A stretch of 64,000 nt of DNA from Macrostomum lignano. Taxonomy: Eukaryota. Made by a program: the position numbers and the translations under genes. The stretch lies in NCBI GenBank assembly GCA_002269645.1, contig NIVC01003656.1, positions 61,011-125,010 of the forward strand. The letters are read 5' to 3'. Every line of letters starts with the position of its first letter. The first letter of the stretch is position 1. This document shows, in pieces, positions 1 to 12,957 of this stretch. The notes below the pieces were generated by a model that saw only the letters and a list, made by a program, of their open reading frames with translations, ran no database searches and was not told where the DNA came from.

Positions 1-98
1 CAGCTGCAGCCCTTGGGATTCGAATAGGGGCGAGTGAAACAATGAGACAGGATTGGATGAGGGATTGCATTGGCTATATTTTAGATTGGCTGAGCCCG

Positions 99-3000
99 GA
101 GGATCTGGGAGGACAGCACCTCAAACCTTGAGGATCTGGGAGGAAAACACCTCAAGCCTTAAGGATCTGGGAGGACAGCACCTCAAGCCTTGAGGATCTG
201 GGAGAACAACACCTCAAGCCTTAAGGATCTGGGAGGACAGCACCTCAAGCCTTGAGGATCTGGGAGAACAGCACCTCAAGCTTTGAGGATCTGGGAGAAC
301 AACACCTCAAGCCTTAGGGATCTGGGAGGATGACACTTCAAGCCTTGAGGATCTTGGAGGACAGCACCTCAAGCCTTAAGGATCTGGGAGGATGACACTT
401 CAAGCCTTGAGGATCTGGGAGAACAACACCTCAAGCCTTAAGGATCTGGGAGGATGACACTTCAAGCCTTGAGGATCTGGGAGAACAGCACCTCAAGCTT
501 TGAGGATCTGGGAGAACAACACCTCAAGCCTTAGGGATCTGGGAGGATGACACTTCAAGCCTTGAGGATCTGGGAGAACAACACTTCAAGCCTTGAGGAT
601 CTGGGAGAACAACACCTCAAGCCTTAAGGATCTGGGAGGACAGCACCTCAAGCCTTGAGGATCTGGGAGAACAGCACCTCAAGCTTTGAGGATCTGGGAG
701 AACAACACCTCAAGCCTTAGGGATCTGGGAAGATGACACTTCAAGCCTTGAGGATCTGGAAGAAAAACACCTCAAGCCTTAAGGATCTGGGAGGACAACA
801 CCTCAAGCCTTAAGGATCTGGGAGGATGAGACTTCAAGCCTTGAGGATCTTGGAGGACAGCACCTCAAGCCTTAAGGATCTGGGAGGATGACACTTCAAG
901 CCTTGAGGATCTGGGAGGAAAACACCTCAAGCCTTAAGGATCTCGGAGGATGACACTTCAAGCCTTAAGGATCTGGGAGGATGACACTTCAAGCCTTGAG
1001 GATCTGGGAGAACAACACCTCAAGCCTTAAGGATCTCGGAGGATGACACTTCAAGCCTTGAGGATCTGGGAGGAAAACACCTCAAGCCTTAAGGATCTCG
1101 GAGGATGACACTTCAAGCCTTGAGGATCTTGGAGGACAGCACCTCAAGCCTTAAGGATCTGGGAGGATGACACTTCAAGCCTTGAGGATCTGGGAGAACA
1201 ACACCTCAAGCCTTAAGGATCTGGGAGGATGACACTTCAAGCCTTGAGGATCTGGAAGAAAAACACCTCAAGCCTTAAGGATCTCGGAGGATGACACTTC
1301 AAGCCTTGAGGATCTTGGAGGACAGCACCTCAAGCCTTAAGGATCTGGGAGGATGACACTTCAAGCCTTGAGGATCTGGGAGGAAAACACCTCAAGCCTT
1401 AAGGATCTGGGAGGATGACACTTCAAGCCTTGAGGATCTTGGAGGACAGCACCTCAAGCCTTAAGGATCTGGGAGGATGACACTTCAAGCCTTGAGGATC
1501 TGGGAGAGCAACACCTCAAGCCTTAAGGATCTGGGAGGACGACACTTCAAGCCTTGAGGATCTGGGAGGAAAACACCTCAAGCCTTAAGGATCTCGGAGG
1601 ATGACACTTCAAGCCTTGAGGATCTTGGAGGACAGCACCTCAAGCCTTAAGGATCTGGGAGGATGACACTTCAAGCCTTGAGGATCTGGGAGAACAACAC
1701 CTCAAGCCTTAAGGATCTCGGAGGATGACACTTCAAGCCTTGAGGATCTGGGAGGAAAACACCTCAAGCCTTAAGGATCTCGGAGGATGACACTTCAAGC
1801 CTTAAGGATCTGGGAGGATGACACTTCAAGCCTTGAGGATCTGGGAGAACAACACCTCAAGCCTTAAGGATCTCGGAGGATGACACTTCAAGCCTTGAGG
1901 ATCTGGGAGGAAAACACCTCAAGCCTTAAGGATCTCGGAGGATGACACTTCAAGCCTTGAGGATCTTGGAGGACAGCACCTCAAGCCTTAAGGATCTGGG
2001 AGGATGACACTTCAAGCCTTGAGGATCTGGGAGGAAAACACCTCAAGCCTTAAGGATCTGGGAGGATGACACTTCAAGCCTTGAGGATCTGGGAGAACAA
2101 CACCTCAAGCCTTAAGGATCTCGGAGGATGACACTTCAAGCCTTGAGGATCTGGGAGGAAAACACCTCAAGCCTTAAGGATCTCGGAGGATGACACTTCA
2201 AGCCTTAAGGATCTGGGAGGATGACACTTCAAGCCTTGAGGATCTGGGAGAACAACACCTCAAGCCTTAAGGATCTCGGAGGATGACACTTCAAGCCTTG
2301 AGGATCTGGGAGGAAAACACCTCAAGCCTTAAGGATCTCGGAGGATGACACTTCAAGCCTTGAGGATCTTGGAGGACAGCACCTCAAGCCTTAAGGATCT
2401 GGGAGGATGACACTTCAAGCCTTGAGGATCTGGGAGAACAACACCTCAAGCCTTAAGGATCTGGGAGGATGACACTTCAAGCCTTGAGGATCTGGGAGAA
2501 CAGCACCTCAAGCTTTGAGGATCTGGGAGAACAACACCTCAAGCCTTAGGGATCTGGGAGGATGACACTTCAAGCCTTGAGGATCTGGGAGAACAACACT
2601 TCAAGCCTTGAGGATCTGGGAGAACAACACCTCAAGCCTTAAGGATCTGGGAGGACAGCACCTCAAGCCTTGAGGATCTGGGAGAACAGCACCTCAAGCT
2701 TTGAGGATCTGGGAGAACAACACCTCAAGCCTTAGGGATCTGGGAAGATGACACTTCAAGCCTTGAGGATCTGGAAGAAAAACACCTCAAGCCTTAAGGA
2801 TCTGGGAGGACAACACCTCAAGCCTTAAGGATCTGGGAGGATGAGACTTCAAGCCTTGAGGATCTTGGAGGACAGCACCTCAAGCCTTAAGGATCTGGGA
2901 GGATGACACTTCAAGCCTTGAGGATCTGGGAGAGCAACACCTCAAGCCTTAAGGATCTGGGAGGACGACACTTCAAGCCTTGAGGATCTGGGAGGAAAAC

Positions 3001-5128
3001 ACCTCAAGCCTTAAGGATCTCGGAGGATGACACTTCAAGCCTTGAGGATCTTGGAGGACAGCACCTCAAGCCTTAAGGATCTGGGAGGATGACACTTCAA
3101 GCCTTGAGGATCTGGGAGGAAAACACCTCAAGCCTTAAGGATCTGGGAGGATGACACTTCAAGCCTTGAGGATCTGGGAGAACAACACCTCAAGCCTTAA
3201 GGATCTCGGAGGATGACACTTCAAGCCTTGAGGATCTCGGAGGAAAACACCTCAAGCCTTAAGGATCTCGGAGGATGACACTTCAAGCCTTAAGGATCTG
3301 GGAGGATGACACTTCAAGCCTTGAGGATCTGGGAGAACAACACCTCAAGCCTTAAGGATCTCGGAGGATGACACTTCAAGCCTTGAGGATCTGGGAGGAA
3401 AACACCTCAAGCCTTAAGGATCTCGGAGGATGACACTTCAAGCCTTGAGGATCTTGGAGGACAGCACCTCAAGCCTTAAGGATCTGGGAGGATGACACTT
3501 CAAGCCTTGAGGATCTGGGAGAACAACACCTCAAGCCTTAAGGATCTGGGAGGATGACACTTCAAGCCTTGAGGATCTGGAAGAAAAACACCTCAAGCCT
3601 TAAGGATCTCGGAGGATGACACTTCAAGCCTTGAGGATCTTGGAGGACAGCACCTCAAGCCTTAAGTATCTGGGAGGATGACACTTCAAGCCTTGAGGAT
3701 CTGGGAGGAAAACACCTCAAGCCTTAAGGATCTGGGAGGATGACACTTCAAGCCTTGAGGATCTGGGAGAACAACACCTCAAGCCTTAAGGATCTCGGAG
3801 GATGACACTTCAAGCCTTGAGGATCTGGGAGGAAAACACCTCAAGCCTTAAGGATCTCGGAGGATGACACTTCAAGCCTTAAGGATCTGGGAGGATGACA
3901 CTTCAAGCCTTGAGGATCTGGGAGAACAACACCTCAAGCCTTAAGGATCTCGGAGGATGACACTTCAAGCCTTGAGGATCTGGGAGGAAAACACCTCAAG
4001 CCTTAAGGATCTCGGAGGATGACACTTCAAGCCTTGATGATCTTGGAGGACAGCACCTCAAGCCTTAAGGATCTGGGAGGATGACACTTCAAGCCTTGAG
4101 GATCTGGGAGAACAACACCTCAAGCCTTAAGGATCTGGGAGGATGACACTTCGAGCCTTGAGGATCTGGAAGAAAAACACCTCAAGCCTTAAGGATCTCG
4201 GAGGATGACACTTCAAGCCTTGAGGATCTTGGAGGACAGCACCTCAAGCCTTAAGGATCTAGGAGGATGACACTTCAAGCCTTGAGGATCTGGGAGAACA
4301 ACACCTCAAGCCTTAAGGATCTGGGAGGATGACACTTCAAGCCTTGAGGATCTGGAAGAAAAACACCTCAAGCCTTAAGGATCTGGGAGAACAACACCTC
4401 AAGCCTTAAGGATCTCGGAGGATGACACTTCAAGCCTTGAGGATCTTGGAGGACAGCACCTCAAGCCTTAAGGATCTCGGAGGATGACACTTCAAGCCTT
4501 GAGGATCTGGGAGGACAGCACCTCAAGCCTTAAGGATCTCGGAGGATGACACTTCAAGCCTTGAGGATCTGGGAGGAAAACATCTGAAGTCTTGAGGATC
4601 TGGGAGGATGACACTTCAAGCCTTGAGGATCTGGGAGGAAAACACCTTAAGCCTTAAGGATCTCGGAGGATGACACTTCAAGCCTTGAGGATCTGGGAGG
4701 AAAACACCTCAAGCCTTAAGGATCTCGGAGGATGACACTTCAAGCCTTGAGGATCTGGGAGGAAAACATCTGAAGTCTTGAGGATCTGGGAGGATGACAC
4801 TTCAAGCCTTGAGGATCTGGGAGGAAAACACCTCAAGCCTTAAGGATCTCGGAGGATGACACTTCAAGCCTTGAGGATCTGGGAGGAAAACACCTCAAGC
4901 CTTAAGGATCTCGGAGGATGACACTACAAGCCTTGAGGATCTGGGAGAACAACACCTCAAGCCTTAAGGATCTGGGAGGATGACACTTCAAGCCTTGAGG
5001 ATCTTGGAGGACAGCACCTCAAGCCTTAAGGATCTGGGAGGATGACACTTCAAGCCTTGAGGATCTTGGAGGATGACACTTCAAGCCTTGAGGATTTTGG
5101 AGGACAGCACCTCAAGCCTGGAGGATCT
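99..5128. repeat. 31-bp minisatellite (GAGGATCTGGGAGGATGACACTTCAAGCCTT-type), ~160 copies, alternating variants with block duplications
   Basis: The pattern shifts 1 nt per 30-nt interval, giving a 31-bp period. Variant strings around 480-900 recur around 2500-2930. Confidence 0.97.
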
Positions 5129-5261
5129 AATGAGTGAGAATGACACATGAAAACTTTGGGATATACGATGGTCCAGCAACAGAGGATCTGCAGGGGAGGG
5201 CGGAGCCTGGGAATCTGGGACAACAACAAAGCAGGTAAAAAATCGCCCCTCAGCGGCAGAC

Positions 5262-5996
5262 CTCGAAGACCAGGCCCTCGTGACCGCTCAGGTAGGGCCG
5301 AACATCCCTATAGAACTCGTCCGGGTCAAGCAGGCGGCCAAAATCGTCAAACCTGGCGGTCAGGCCGGCCAGGCAGTCGGCCAGCCGATCGAGGAGGTCG
5401 GCGGCTTCGTCTGGTCGGCGGGCCTCGGCGCCGCGGAGCAGCAGCGGCGTAGCGCGCGCAAAGTCCAGCTCGAATGCGCACGTGACGAGAACGAAGGCGC
5501 GAAAGGCCGAGGACGGCCCGGGCTGGCAGAGCAGCCGCAGGTGCTCGGGCCGGCCAGACCAGGCGGAGTCGGGCAAGGCGCAGTTCGCCAGAGCCAGGGT
5601 GGCGTGGCCAACTGTGGGCTTCAGGCCGAGACTCTCGGCCACCCGAAGCAGCGGCCGGGCCAGCTGGGCGGGCAGACGGTTTGGCGCCCGGGACTCGCCC
5701 CGGTGCCACAGGTAAGAAGCGGTGATGCAGGTGAGGCACAGGTGCAGCCGGCAGCGGGTCTCCAGGCTCCAGGCGGTGGCCATCTCCATCAGCGCATGGT
5801 CAGATGGCACGACAAGGTCAGCCACAGCTAATTGAAGGTCAGCGGAGGCCTTGTCAGTGTCTGGCTGGGACAGTATTGGCACAATGGCACTGGCTAGGCG
5901 GTCATAGGCCTGCCAGGCTGGGGGAAGCTGACAGCATGGCTGCTCCAGCACAAAGCCAGTCTTGCTGCTGATCTGATACTCTGCCAGGGTGCGCAT
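5262..5996 (-). CDS. IDO-like: Indoleamine 2,3-dioxygenase family protein, large exon (C-terminal part continues beyond the 5-kb repeat or outside the window)
   Basis: IDO motifs YQISSKTGFVL, RLHLCLTCITASYLW, LPAQLARPLLRVAESLGLKP, LALANC, FVLVTCAFE, DPDEFYRDVRPYLSG, GLVFE. TTTCAG acceptor just upstream of ATG 5996, and GT after GLVFE at 5261. Confidence 0.88.
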
Positions 5997-6256
5997 GCCT
6001 GACTGCCTGAAAGTTTTCCAATCAATGAAGGTCAAATCTTCAAAGTTTAAATGGAAGAAAAAAGCAAAAGAAAAAAGCATAGTAGAGTTTATATGCCTAA
6101 TAAGAAATAAAATAAGGGCCACTATACACTTATGTGAGTCCATGTGTGTGCATATGATTGTATACATATATATATATATATATATATGCACTTGTGTGCC
6201 TACTTAGAGAAGTTGCTAGAATAGGCAATAATGCCTGTTGCTAGTTGTGTAATAAT

Positions 6257-6417
6257 CAGGGGAGTAGCCAAAGGAGAAGAGACACTGGGGACATGTCCCT
6301 CACCTGAAAAGAGAAAATTATTTTTATTGCCTTTGTATTTTGCTTCTATTGCCAACATCAGAGATGGATTAATGTCTCTGTCCCCCTCCCTTGACATGAA
6401 TCCTGGCTATGTGCCTA
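6257..6417. mobile_element. Decayed hAT-type MITE (~160 bp)
   Basis: Ends CAGGGGAGTAGCCA...TGGCTATGTGCCTA, flanked by near-identical 8-mers GTAATAAT / GTAAAAAT (7/8). Has an internal GGGGACATGTCCC motif, also seen at ~57066. Confidence 0.5.
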
Positions 6418-7038
6418 GTAAAAATCAATGTTGGGCAATAGTTTGTTAATCTATAATCAATTAATAATCCAGTAATAAGCATTAACAAGCGTTAAGATTT
6501 TTCATTAACATTAATGGACTGCTATTAAGATTTTTTTGCACTAGCAGATTAATGAATTTGCATTAATAATTTTGTAAGTTAACAACAAATTCATCATTAA
6601 TATTAATGATAATGTCAATGACCAGACACAAAGAAAGAACAAAAATATAAGTCTAATGAGAAGTTACTCATTAGAGTCTCATGAGAAGTTAATGATGAGA
6701 ATCTATCTAATGCCTAATTAATCTCTTTGTTTATCAAATGATCATGCAAATGTAACAACTTCTTACTAATGAACTTAATTAATAATGCTAGTGCCTAAGC
6801 ATTGATTGCTTTGATTCATTTCTTTCCCAATCTTTTATAACTTTATGCTGCGCCTGCTAATGCTACTGAAACAGCCCTCCTATTTGTATTCTATTATTAA
6901 CTAATTAGCTTTCAATTTTCAAATAAATAAGTTGCTTCTTTTTCCATATGCTTACTTTTAGTAGTATTATGCATACAAGTTTTTTAATTAATTATTTATT
7001 ACTTTTTAAATAGTAATTATTATACGCGAGAGTGAGCC

Positions 7039-7340
7039 CTGGACGCGCTTTACCGATTGCTGCTGCACTACGTGCTGGGCGTGCACTATCCGGATTGCCT
7101 GCCGACCAACACTCTGATGGCCCGCGCCGGAACTCCACCCCTGAGTGCCATACTGTGCCGGCACTGCCAGATGCTGCTGGGCCACTGCCTACGGACCCTG
7201 GGTCGCAGCACGCCCGTCCCTCTGGCCCTGGCCATGCTGCACCAGCCGACCAAACAATTGCGCCGTGGCCAGGCTTGCACTGCCACCCTAATGAACTGCC
7301 TCATTGCGGACCTGCAGGCGCTTGAGCTGACCCCTCAGGC
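7039..7340 (+). mobile_element. 3' fragment of a non-LTR retrotransposon (RTE/L2-like ORF2 C-terminus after RT)
   Basis: LDALYRLLLHYVLGVHYPDCLPTNTLMARAGTPPLSAILCRHCQMLLGHCLR...RRG...DLQALEL resembles the post-RT tail consensus (LRRILGIxWxDxISNxELxxRxxxPPLSxxIxxRRLxxxGHxLR...RxRG...DL). Confidence 0.7.
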
Positions 7341-7345
7341 TGCTG

Positions 7346-7740
7346 CTTCTTTTTTTTTTTTCTTCACTCCGACCTCCGACCGCCCGCAGGCGGCCGGGGC
7401 GGGGCCAGGTGGCTGCCGCCAGGGTCGTTGATGGGCAGCTTGGTCCGACCCACCCTCTTGAGGTAGTCACAGATGAGGGCGCCGCCACCCTCGAGAACGT
7501 TGTTCCAGGAAATGACCACCCTGCCCCAGGTGCGGATGCAGGCCTGGTGGTGGCAGGGGCAGTAGAGCATAAGATGATCGACCGAGTCCGGTTCTCCGCA
7601 GTCAGCGCATCGGTCATTCTGAGCGAGGCCGAACCAAAACAGGGTGTCGCGAGTCAGGGGGGATTTCTTAGTGCGGTCAGGCTGCTGCTGCCTGCCCCTC
7701 CCGCCTGTTCTGCGAACGCGTGCGCACAAGGGGCCTCCCC
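7346..7740 (-). mobile_element. 3' fragment of a second LINE (I/Jockey/R1-type C-terminal CCHC domain) with A-rich tail
   Basis: CADCGEPDSVDHLMLYCP matches the C-x2-C-x7-H-x4-C tail domain. Stop at 7364 is followed directly by an A-tract (T-run on the + strand). Confidence 0.65.
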
Positions 7741-10329
7741 TCTGCGTCTTAATATATATATATAACACTAATGCTTTTGCCATAATTGGAAGTTAAGATT
7801 TTTATTAATGGTGCCCAACACAGGTAAAAATGTCATCTAAAGTATGCCAATGTATAAATAGACAGCCCCCTAGGCCCCTTATCTTTAACTAAATCATAAT
7901 TACGAGCTCGTATTCTAGCTTTTACCTAAAAGCATCTAGGTTGTGAAAGGAAAATGTATTTTTAAGCCTAGGGGCCAAGGATTGAATGTTTAAGGAGGCC
8001 TATTGCTTTAAATATTAGCTATCAAATGATAAAAAACTTTGAAATAGTTAATATCTAATATAAAGTTTAAAACCAATTAACATTAACAAAATTAATTTAT
8101 AGTTTGATATGCTTATTTTTAATCATGATTAAAACAAAGTTATAGTAATCTAATTTGGCTTTAATACCAAAATCAATTTCTTTTAAGGACCTTATAATCT
8201 TACATGATTTATATTGCATAGATTATAATTTATAGACTTGTAATAAATGAATTGCCAAAGCCAACACTTAAATTTTCAATCGAGAGGTGCTAAATCAGAG
8301 CCGGCGAACTCTTACAAAAAATTGATGATTCATATTTATATTAGTTAATTATTAGTCATTAAAACAAGCTTCATTTTAAACTGTCCAGCAAAATAAACAT
8401 AAATACATACAGTAAAAAGTACAGTAAAATATAAATAGAATACAAATACAAATTATGCACAATGTGAAATAAGTACATAAATAAGATGTAAAGATACATT
8501 ACAGAATATATCTATAAAATCCTATGAAAATTAATATTATTAAATTATAAATATTCTGTTATTCATCTAAATAGCAATGATAAAACATCATAAGAATGAT
8601 ATTTAATGATATAATTAAGAATGATGCATCTTTTTTTCAAATTAATCATTTAAGTGATAAAGTTGGACCTTTAAGTTGTAAGCTTTGATTTAAAAAAATG
8701 TTATATGTGATAAAAACGTTTTAATGGTGATAAAATTCTAACTAAATTTAGATAAACATTCAAAACTCATAACCAGTTTTTATTAGGGCCTAGGCTACAA
8801 TTTAATCTAAAAGTTTAGCAACCTCGAATTCAAGTTTCTAATTTGAAACCAATGCAAAAGCAAGCCACCCTGAACTCTGGCGCAATGTTGTGTCTGACTA
8901 ACTAGTTTGACCACTGACCAGAAGCATGAGGCATGATGAGGCATCATCATGAGATGGTTAATAATTGTTAAGCGTCAAAATCCGAATTTTAAGCTTTTTT
9001 TCTTGGAATTTCAACAAATTGAGTTCGCGCCATTCTAAAAAACACTAACAATGTGGCTTTTCACATTACCGATTCCAGAACCAGAATCGGTTCGGATTTC
9101 CAAGAAAAAAGCAGTATAACTATTTAACATTGTTGAATGTTCGACTGCCCTAACAGCCTCACTTTGCACAATTTTTCACTTTCTTGGCTATTGCCATTCA
9201 ATAATCACAATTCTAAAGCACTAATATATCCCTCTATAGTTTAGGAGACAAAAAGTTATACTTTAAAAATTGGATCTGGTTCTAGAACCAGAATAAACAA
9301 TATGAAAAGGCCTAATATGACATTTTCATGACTAGGGCATAACAATGAGCTATTGCTTGGTAGATGGCGAACGCATATATGACTTAAATACGTACCGTTA
9401 CCGAGAACTAGTTTTGCTTTTATTCAAGCGTGACGCAAGGACCACTAGGAGCACTTCGTATATAAGGACGAAACACTCTCGATTCGTGTAAAAATACTCG
9501 TAGTTGAAGGCCGATTTTCGTTCTCGTATACATTATATATAGTGAGATAGATATATTGCATGATTCAACATAAGTCTAGTAGTCCTTGGCGTGACGTTGC
9601 TTAAATGTCCTCTCCAAAGATAATTAATTTTACGCCCATCAACTCAGTAATAGATAAACATCGTAATATTCATTATATAATATTCGTAGAATTCATTTAT
9701 ACTACTTTACAGCTTATGTAAGTACAGTATAAAGAGCCGCATCTGTGAGGACTGGGGAATGGCGGTAAAAATAGAAGAATATACAGAATCGCAGAATTAT
9801 CTGTACTGAAAATCGCTGCAGAGAACCCATGATGCAAATGGGTATTCTATTAACTCAATTACATGTAACTCGCCGTGGATAATCATAATGCACGATCTCC
9901 ACTCAAGATGTGCACCAACAGACAATATTCAATCTTTAAAATTCGTGCACAGTTTCATATTGACCCGATCCAACTACATGTATAAAAGTGCACATGCTAT
10001 GAGAAATTGCTCAAGAAGCCACCGAACCACAACTTGTTTGTGAAGTCTGGTGACTTAACCATATAGATTCGAATTAATTCGAATTTCTTATTCGATAGTG
10101 TCAACCAGAAGAAAGCAAAACGCAATGCCGGGATCGTAGTATGACTGCAAGTGCCTAGACCGCACACAAGAATGGATCAGCGCTAAACCCATGTCCCAGC
10201 GGGCAGCAGTATGCTAGGTATTAAAAGTATACTTCTGATTGAATAAAAGTTCTTCAGCTGAAAAAACCGAGACGATAGGACACAAAAATGAATGCATAAA
10301 ACAGAGAGAATTTTCTGTAGAAAGCTGCG

Positions 10330-11861
10330 TCAGGATGAGGAGGGCTCATCGTCACTGTTCCAAAGTAACTGGAATTGTCGTAGTGACTCCAGCGGGTACA
10401 TGGCCTTGCCCTGGTACTGCTTAGAGATGCACTCCATTGATAGGCAGATGGCCTCATGAACAACCTGCGGCTTTAATGTTCTCAGAAGGCTTGTGCTGGT
10501 TGCCATACCCGGATAGCAGTTAATCTCGATTAGCCACACCTGGGAACAGTCGAAAGAATAGTAATATGATTTTTTAGAACATGTCTGCACACAGACAGAT
10601 AGTGACTTAGTTTAAAACATTTTTGGTCAAAGCTTGGGCTCAGACTATCACCGTCTCTCACCCGTCCGCTCGTGTCCAGCATGAAGTCGCAGCCGAGAAA
10701 CTCAAAGCAGCCGCCGATGCGGGTCACCTTGGGGTAGGCCGCCCGGCTGACGATGCCCAGCACGGCTCGCATGCTGGGGTGCACTCGCCGGAACAGGAAG
10801 TCCCGCTCAAAACCCGTGCTGTCTCTCCTAGCGTTTAAGTTGTTGTTCATCTGGGCCGGCGTCCAAGTCGATTCGTCGCGTCGTCTCGTCCACTCCTCGG
10901 TCGCCTTGGCAACGGACTGGTTGGTTAGGTGAACGGCCAGATCGTCGGTGGTCTCGGCGTACTGTCTAAGCGACAGGCGGACGAATCCCGGATGATAGAA
11001 AGCCATCAGGTGGCCGCGCTCTGGGCAAACCAACAGGAGGTAGACGCGGAGGTCGCTTTTCCGGCCGTCTAGCGTGACGGGATTGCGGATGTACTCCTGC
11101 ACGATGAGATTGGGCAGGCGGTCGGACAGCTCCAGCAGCTGCTCGCGGCTGCGCACCAGGCAGATGCCTTTGCCGCAGTTCTGCGACAGAGGCTTGGCAA
11201 TCCAGACGCTGTCCTGTTTGAAGCAGGACTCCGCGATGTGATGCAGCTCCTCGTGCGTCAGGTCGAACAGCGTCCTGGGAAGATAGGCGTCCGAGTTGTA
11301 GGCCCGGATGTCGCCGGGGAAGCGAAGATAATTTGGCGCATCTAGCGAGCCGACCGAATTGAGCACGGACTGCTCGTACTGGCGGATCAGAGTCTGCAGC
11401 AGCTTCTTGTTGTGCAGGCAGATGATGTTGGGCAGGGAGCTGACGAACTGCAGGCCGGTGAACTTGGCCGACTGGCGCCACTCGGTGATGGATTTGGCCG
11501 TGTAGCCGTGGCACCAGAAGAAGCCGGGCTGGTACGGGTGCTGCGTGCGGAAGTTGGCCACACTGGCCCAGCCTAAGTGGTTGAAAACCTCCTGGACCCT
11601 GAAAAGTTGGCATTGTATTTGGGATCGAATGATAGGCTGTATTGAAGTTCGTCTACCAAGTTTTAGTTAGATAAAGCTGGTTTTCCAAACTAAATTGCTA
11701 ATAGCGTAGACTTATCTTTACCTTCACTGGTCCAATTCTCACAAATGCAAAGCTAAAAAGAAACTGAAGCAGCTCAGACTGGACGGTGCTTACATCGCTT
11801 TCCCGTCCGGATAGCTGAGCGAGCAGAAGCCCATGTCCGACAGGAATCCGTTGCGAAACAT
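10330..11861 (-). CDS. TTLL10-like: Tubulin-tyrosine-ligase-like protein, most similar to TTLL10-type glycylase. Exons ~11861-11794, 11752-11722, ~11591-10662, 10539-10330
   Basis: TTL motifs WIAKP..GKGI, VQEYIRNP..LDGRKSDLRVYLL, GFVRLSL..Y, HLTNQ, FEFLGCDFMLD|VWLIEIN..P. GT-AG introns at 11793-11753, from 11721, and 10661-10540 keep the frame. The start codon and second acceptor are uncertain. Confidence 0.85.
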
Positions 11862-12539
11862 TTTACTTGTCCAGGCCCTCAGCGGGTAACTGCCCGTAGC
11901 GGGGACATCGTCTGGATAGGATGGAGAAGCCCCTGCAGTGCCGCTAGGCACGGAGAAATCACCTGCTGCTGCAAGTCTGCTGCTGTTGCGGTTTTTGCTG
12001 CTGTTGTTGCTGTTGTTGCTGCTTATCAGTGCTTAGAATGGATGCACTGCTGCTTTTAACACAGGCCATGTTTCAATGACTCTCTTTGTCTGTTTGATGC
12101 TATCAAAAAAATCGACTGTTTTTATGTTATCTTCGAAAAATGGACGCCGTGTATAAGTCAATAAGTATCTGCATTCATAGCCGCGTTCTTGCATGCGGCA
12201 GTTGACATCATTGAGGGTGGATTTCTGGCTCACAGAGCCCCCTACCGCTTGCCATAGACGCTGAGAAGCTGACAGAGACTTGCAAAAGCTGAGAGGCAGA
12301 GCAGAAGCGCTTAAAGATTTCTAAAGAATGTCTTGCACTGATAGTCATGTCGCACTTCCCTCCGCTCTGCAATCCTCTGTACAAGGCAAACTTTAATATC
12401 GTCCGGGACCAGCAGCGGAATTAACATCCGGGATGGCGGGTAGCAGCGAAGGGAAGTTGCTGGCTCGCCCCTTCATCTCCAGGAAGACAGACGGATGGGC
12501 GGGGATAGAGCATTGTCATGATGGTGTCGTTTGACAGCA

Positions 12540-12546
12540 TATAAAA
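12540..12546 (+). promoter_or_regulatory. TATA-like box upstream of gene A
   Basis: TATAAAA about 60 nt before ATG 12603, followed by CTAAC...GACAG, an acceptor-like site just before the ATG. Confidence 0.3.
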
Positions 12547-12602
12547 AGGATTCTTACAGGCTCTAGATTGCAGCTTAGCTGCTACACACTAACTGACAGG
12601 CA

Positions 12603-12740
12603 ATGTCTGCCCGAGGTTACAAAATGGTCTTTTACGGTAGCCAGTCTAGCAGCCAGTCTGGCCGCTGCTCAGCGCTCGGGTTTGAGGCGCAAGACACTCG
12701 ATACTATTCGGTGAGGCTGTCATAGTGTCTGTCTGTCTGC

Positions 12741-12783
<43 letters not shown>

Positions 12784-12789
12784 CCTGCC

Positions 12790-12835
<46 letters not shown>

Positions 12836-12881
12836 CCTGTCTGTCTTAGTGTCTGTCTGTCTGTCTGTCTGTCTGCCTGCC

Positions 12882-12957
<76 letters not shown>

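Noticed and set aside
5997-6191. N-terminal extension of the IDO ORF (MHIYIYIY...)
   Set aside because: AT-rich, includes a (TA)n tract, and lies upstream of a good acceptor; probably intron or UTR.
9056-9312. Possible Harbinger-like MITE (GGCTTTTCACATT ... ATATGAAAAGGCC)
   Set aside because: Imperfect inverted ends and no TSD found.
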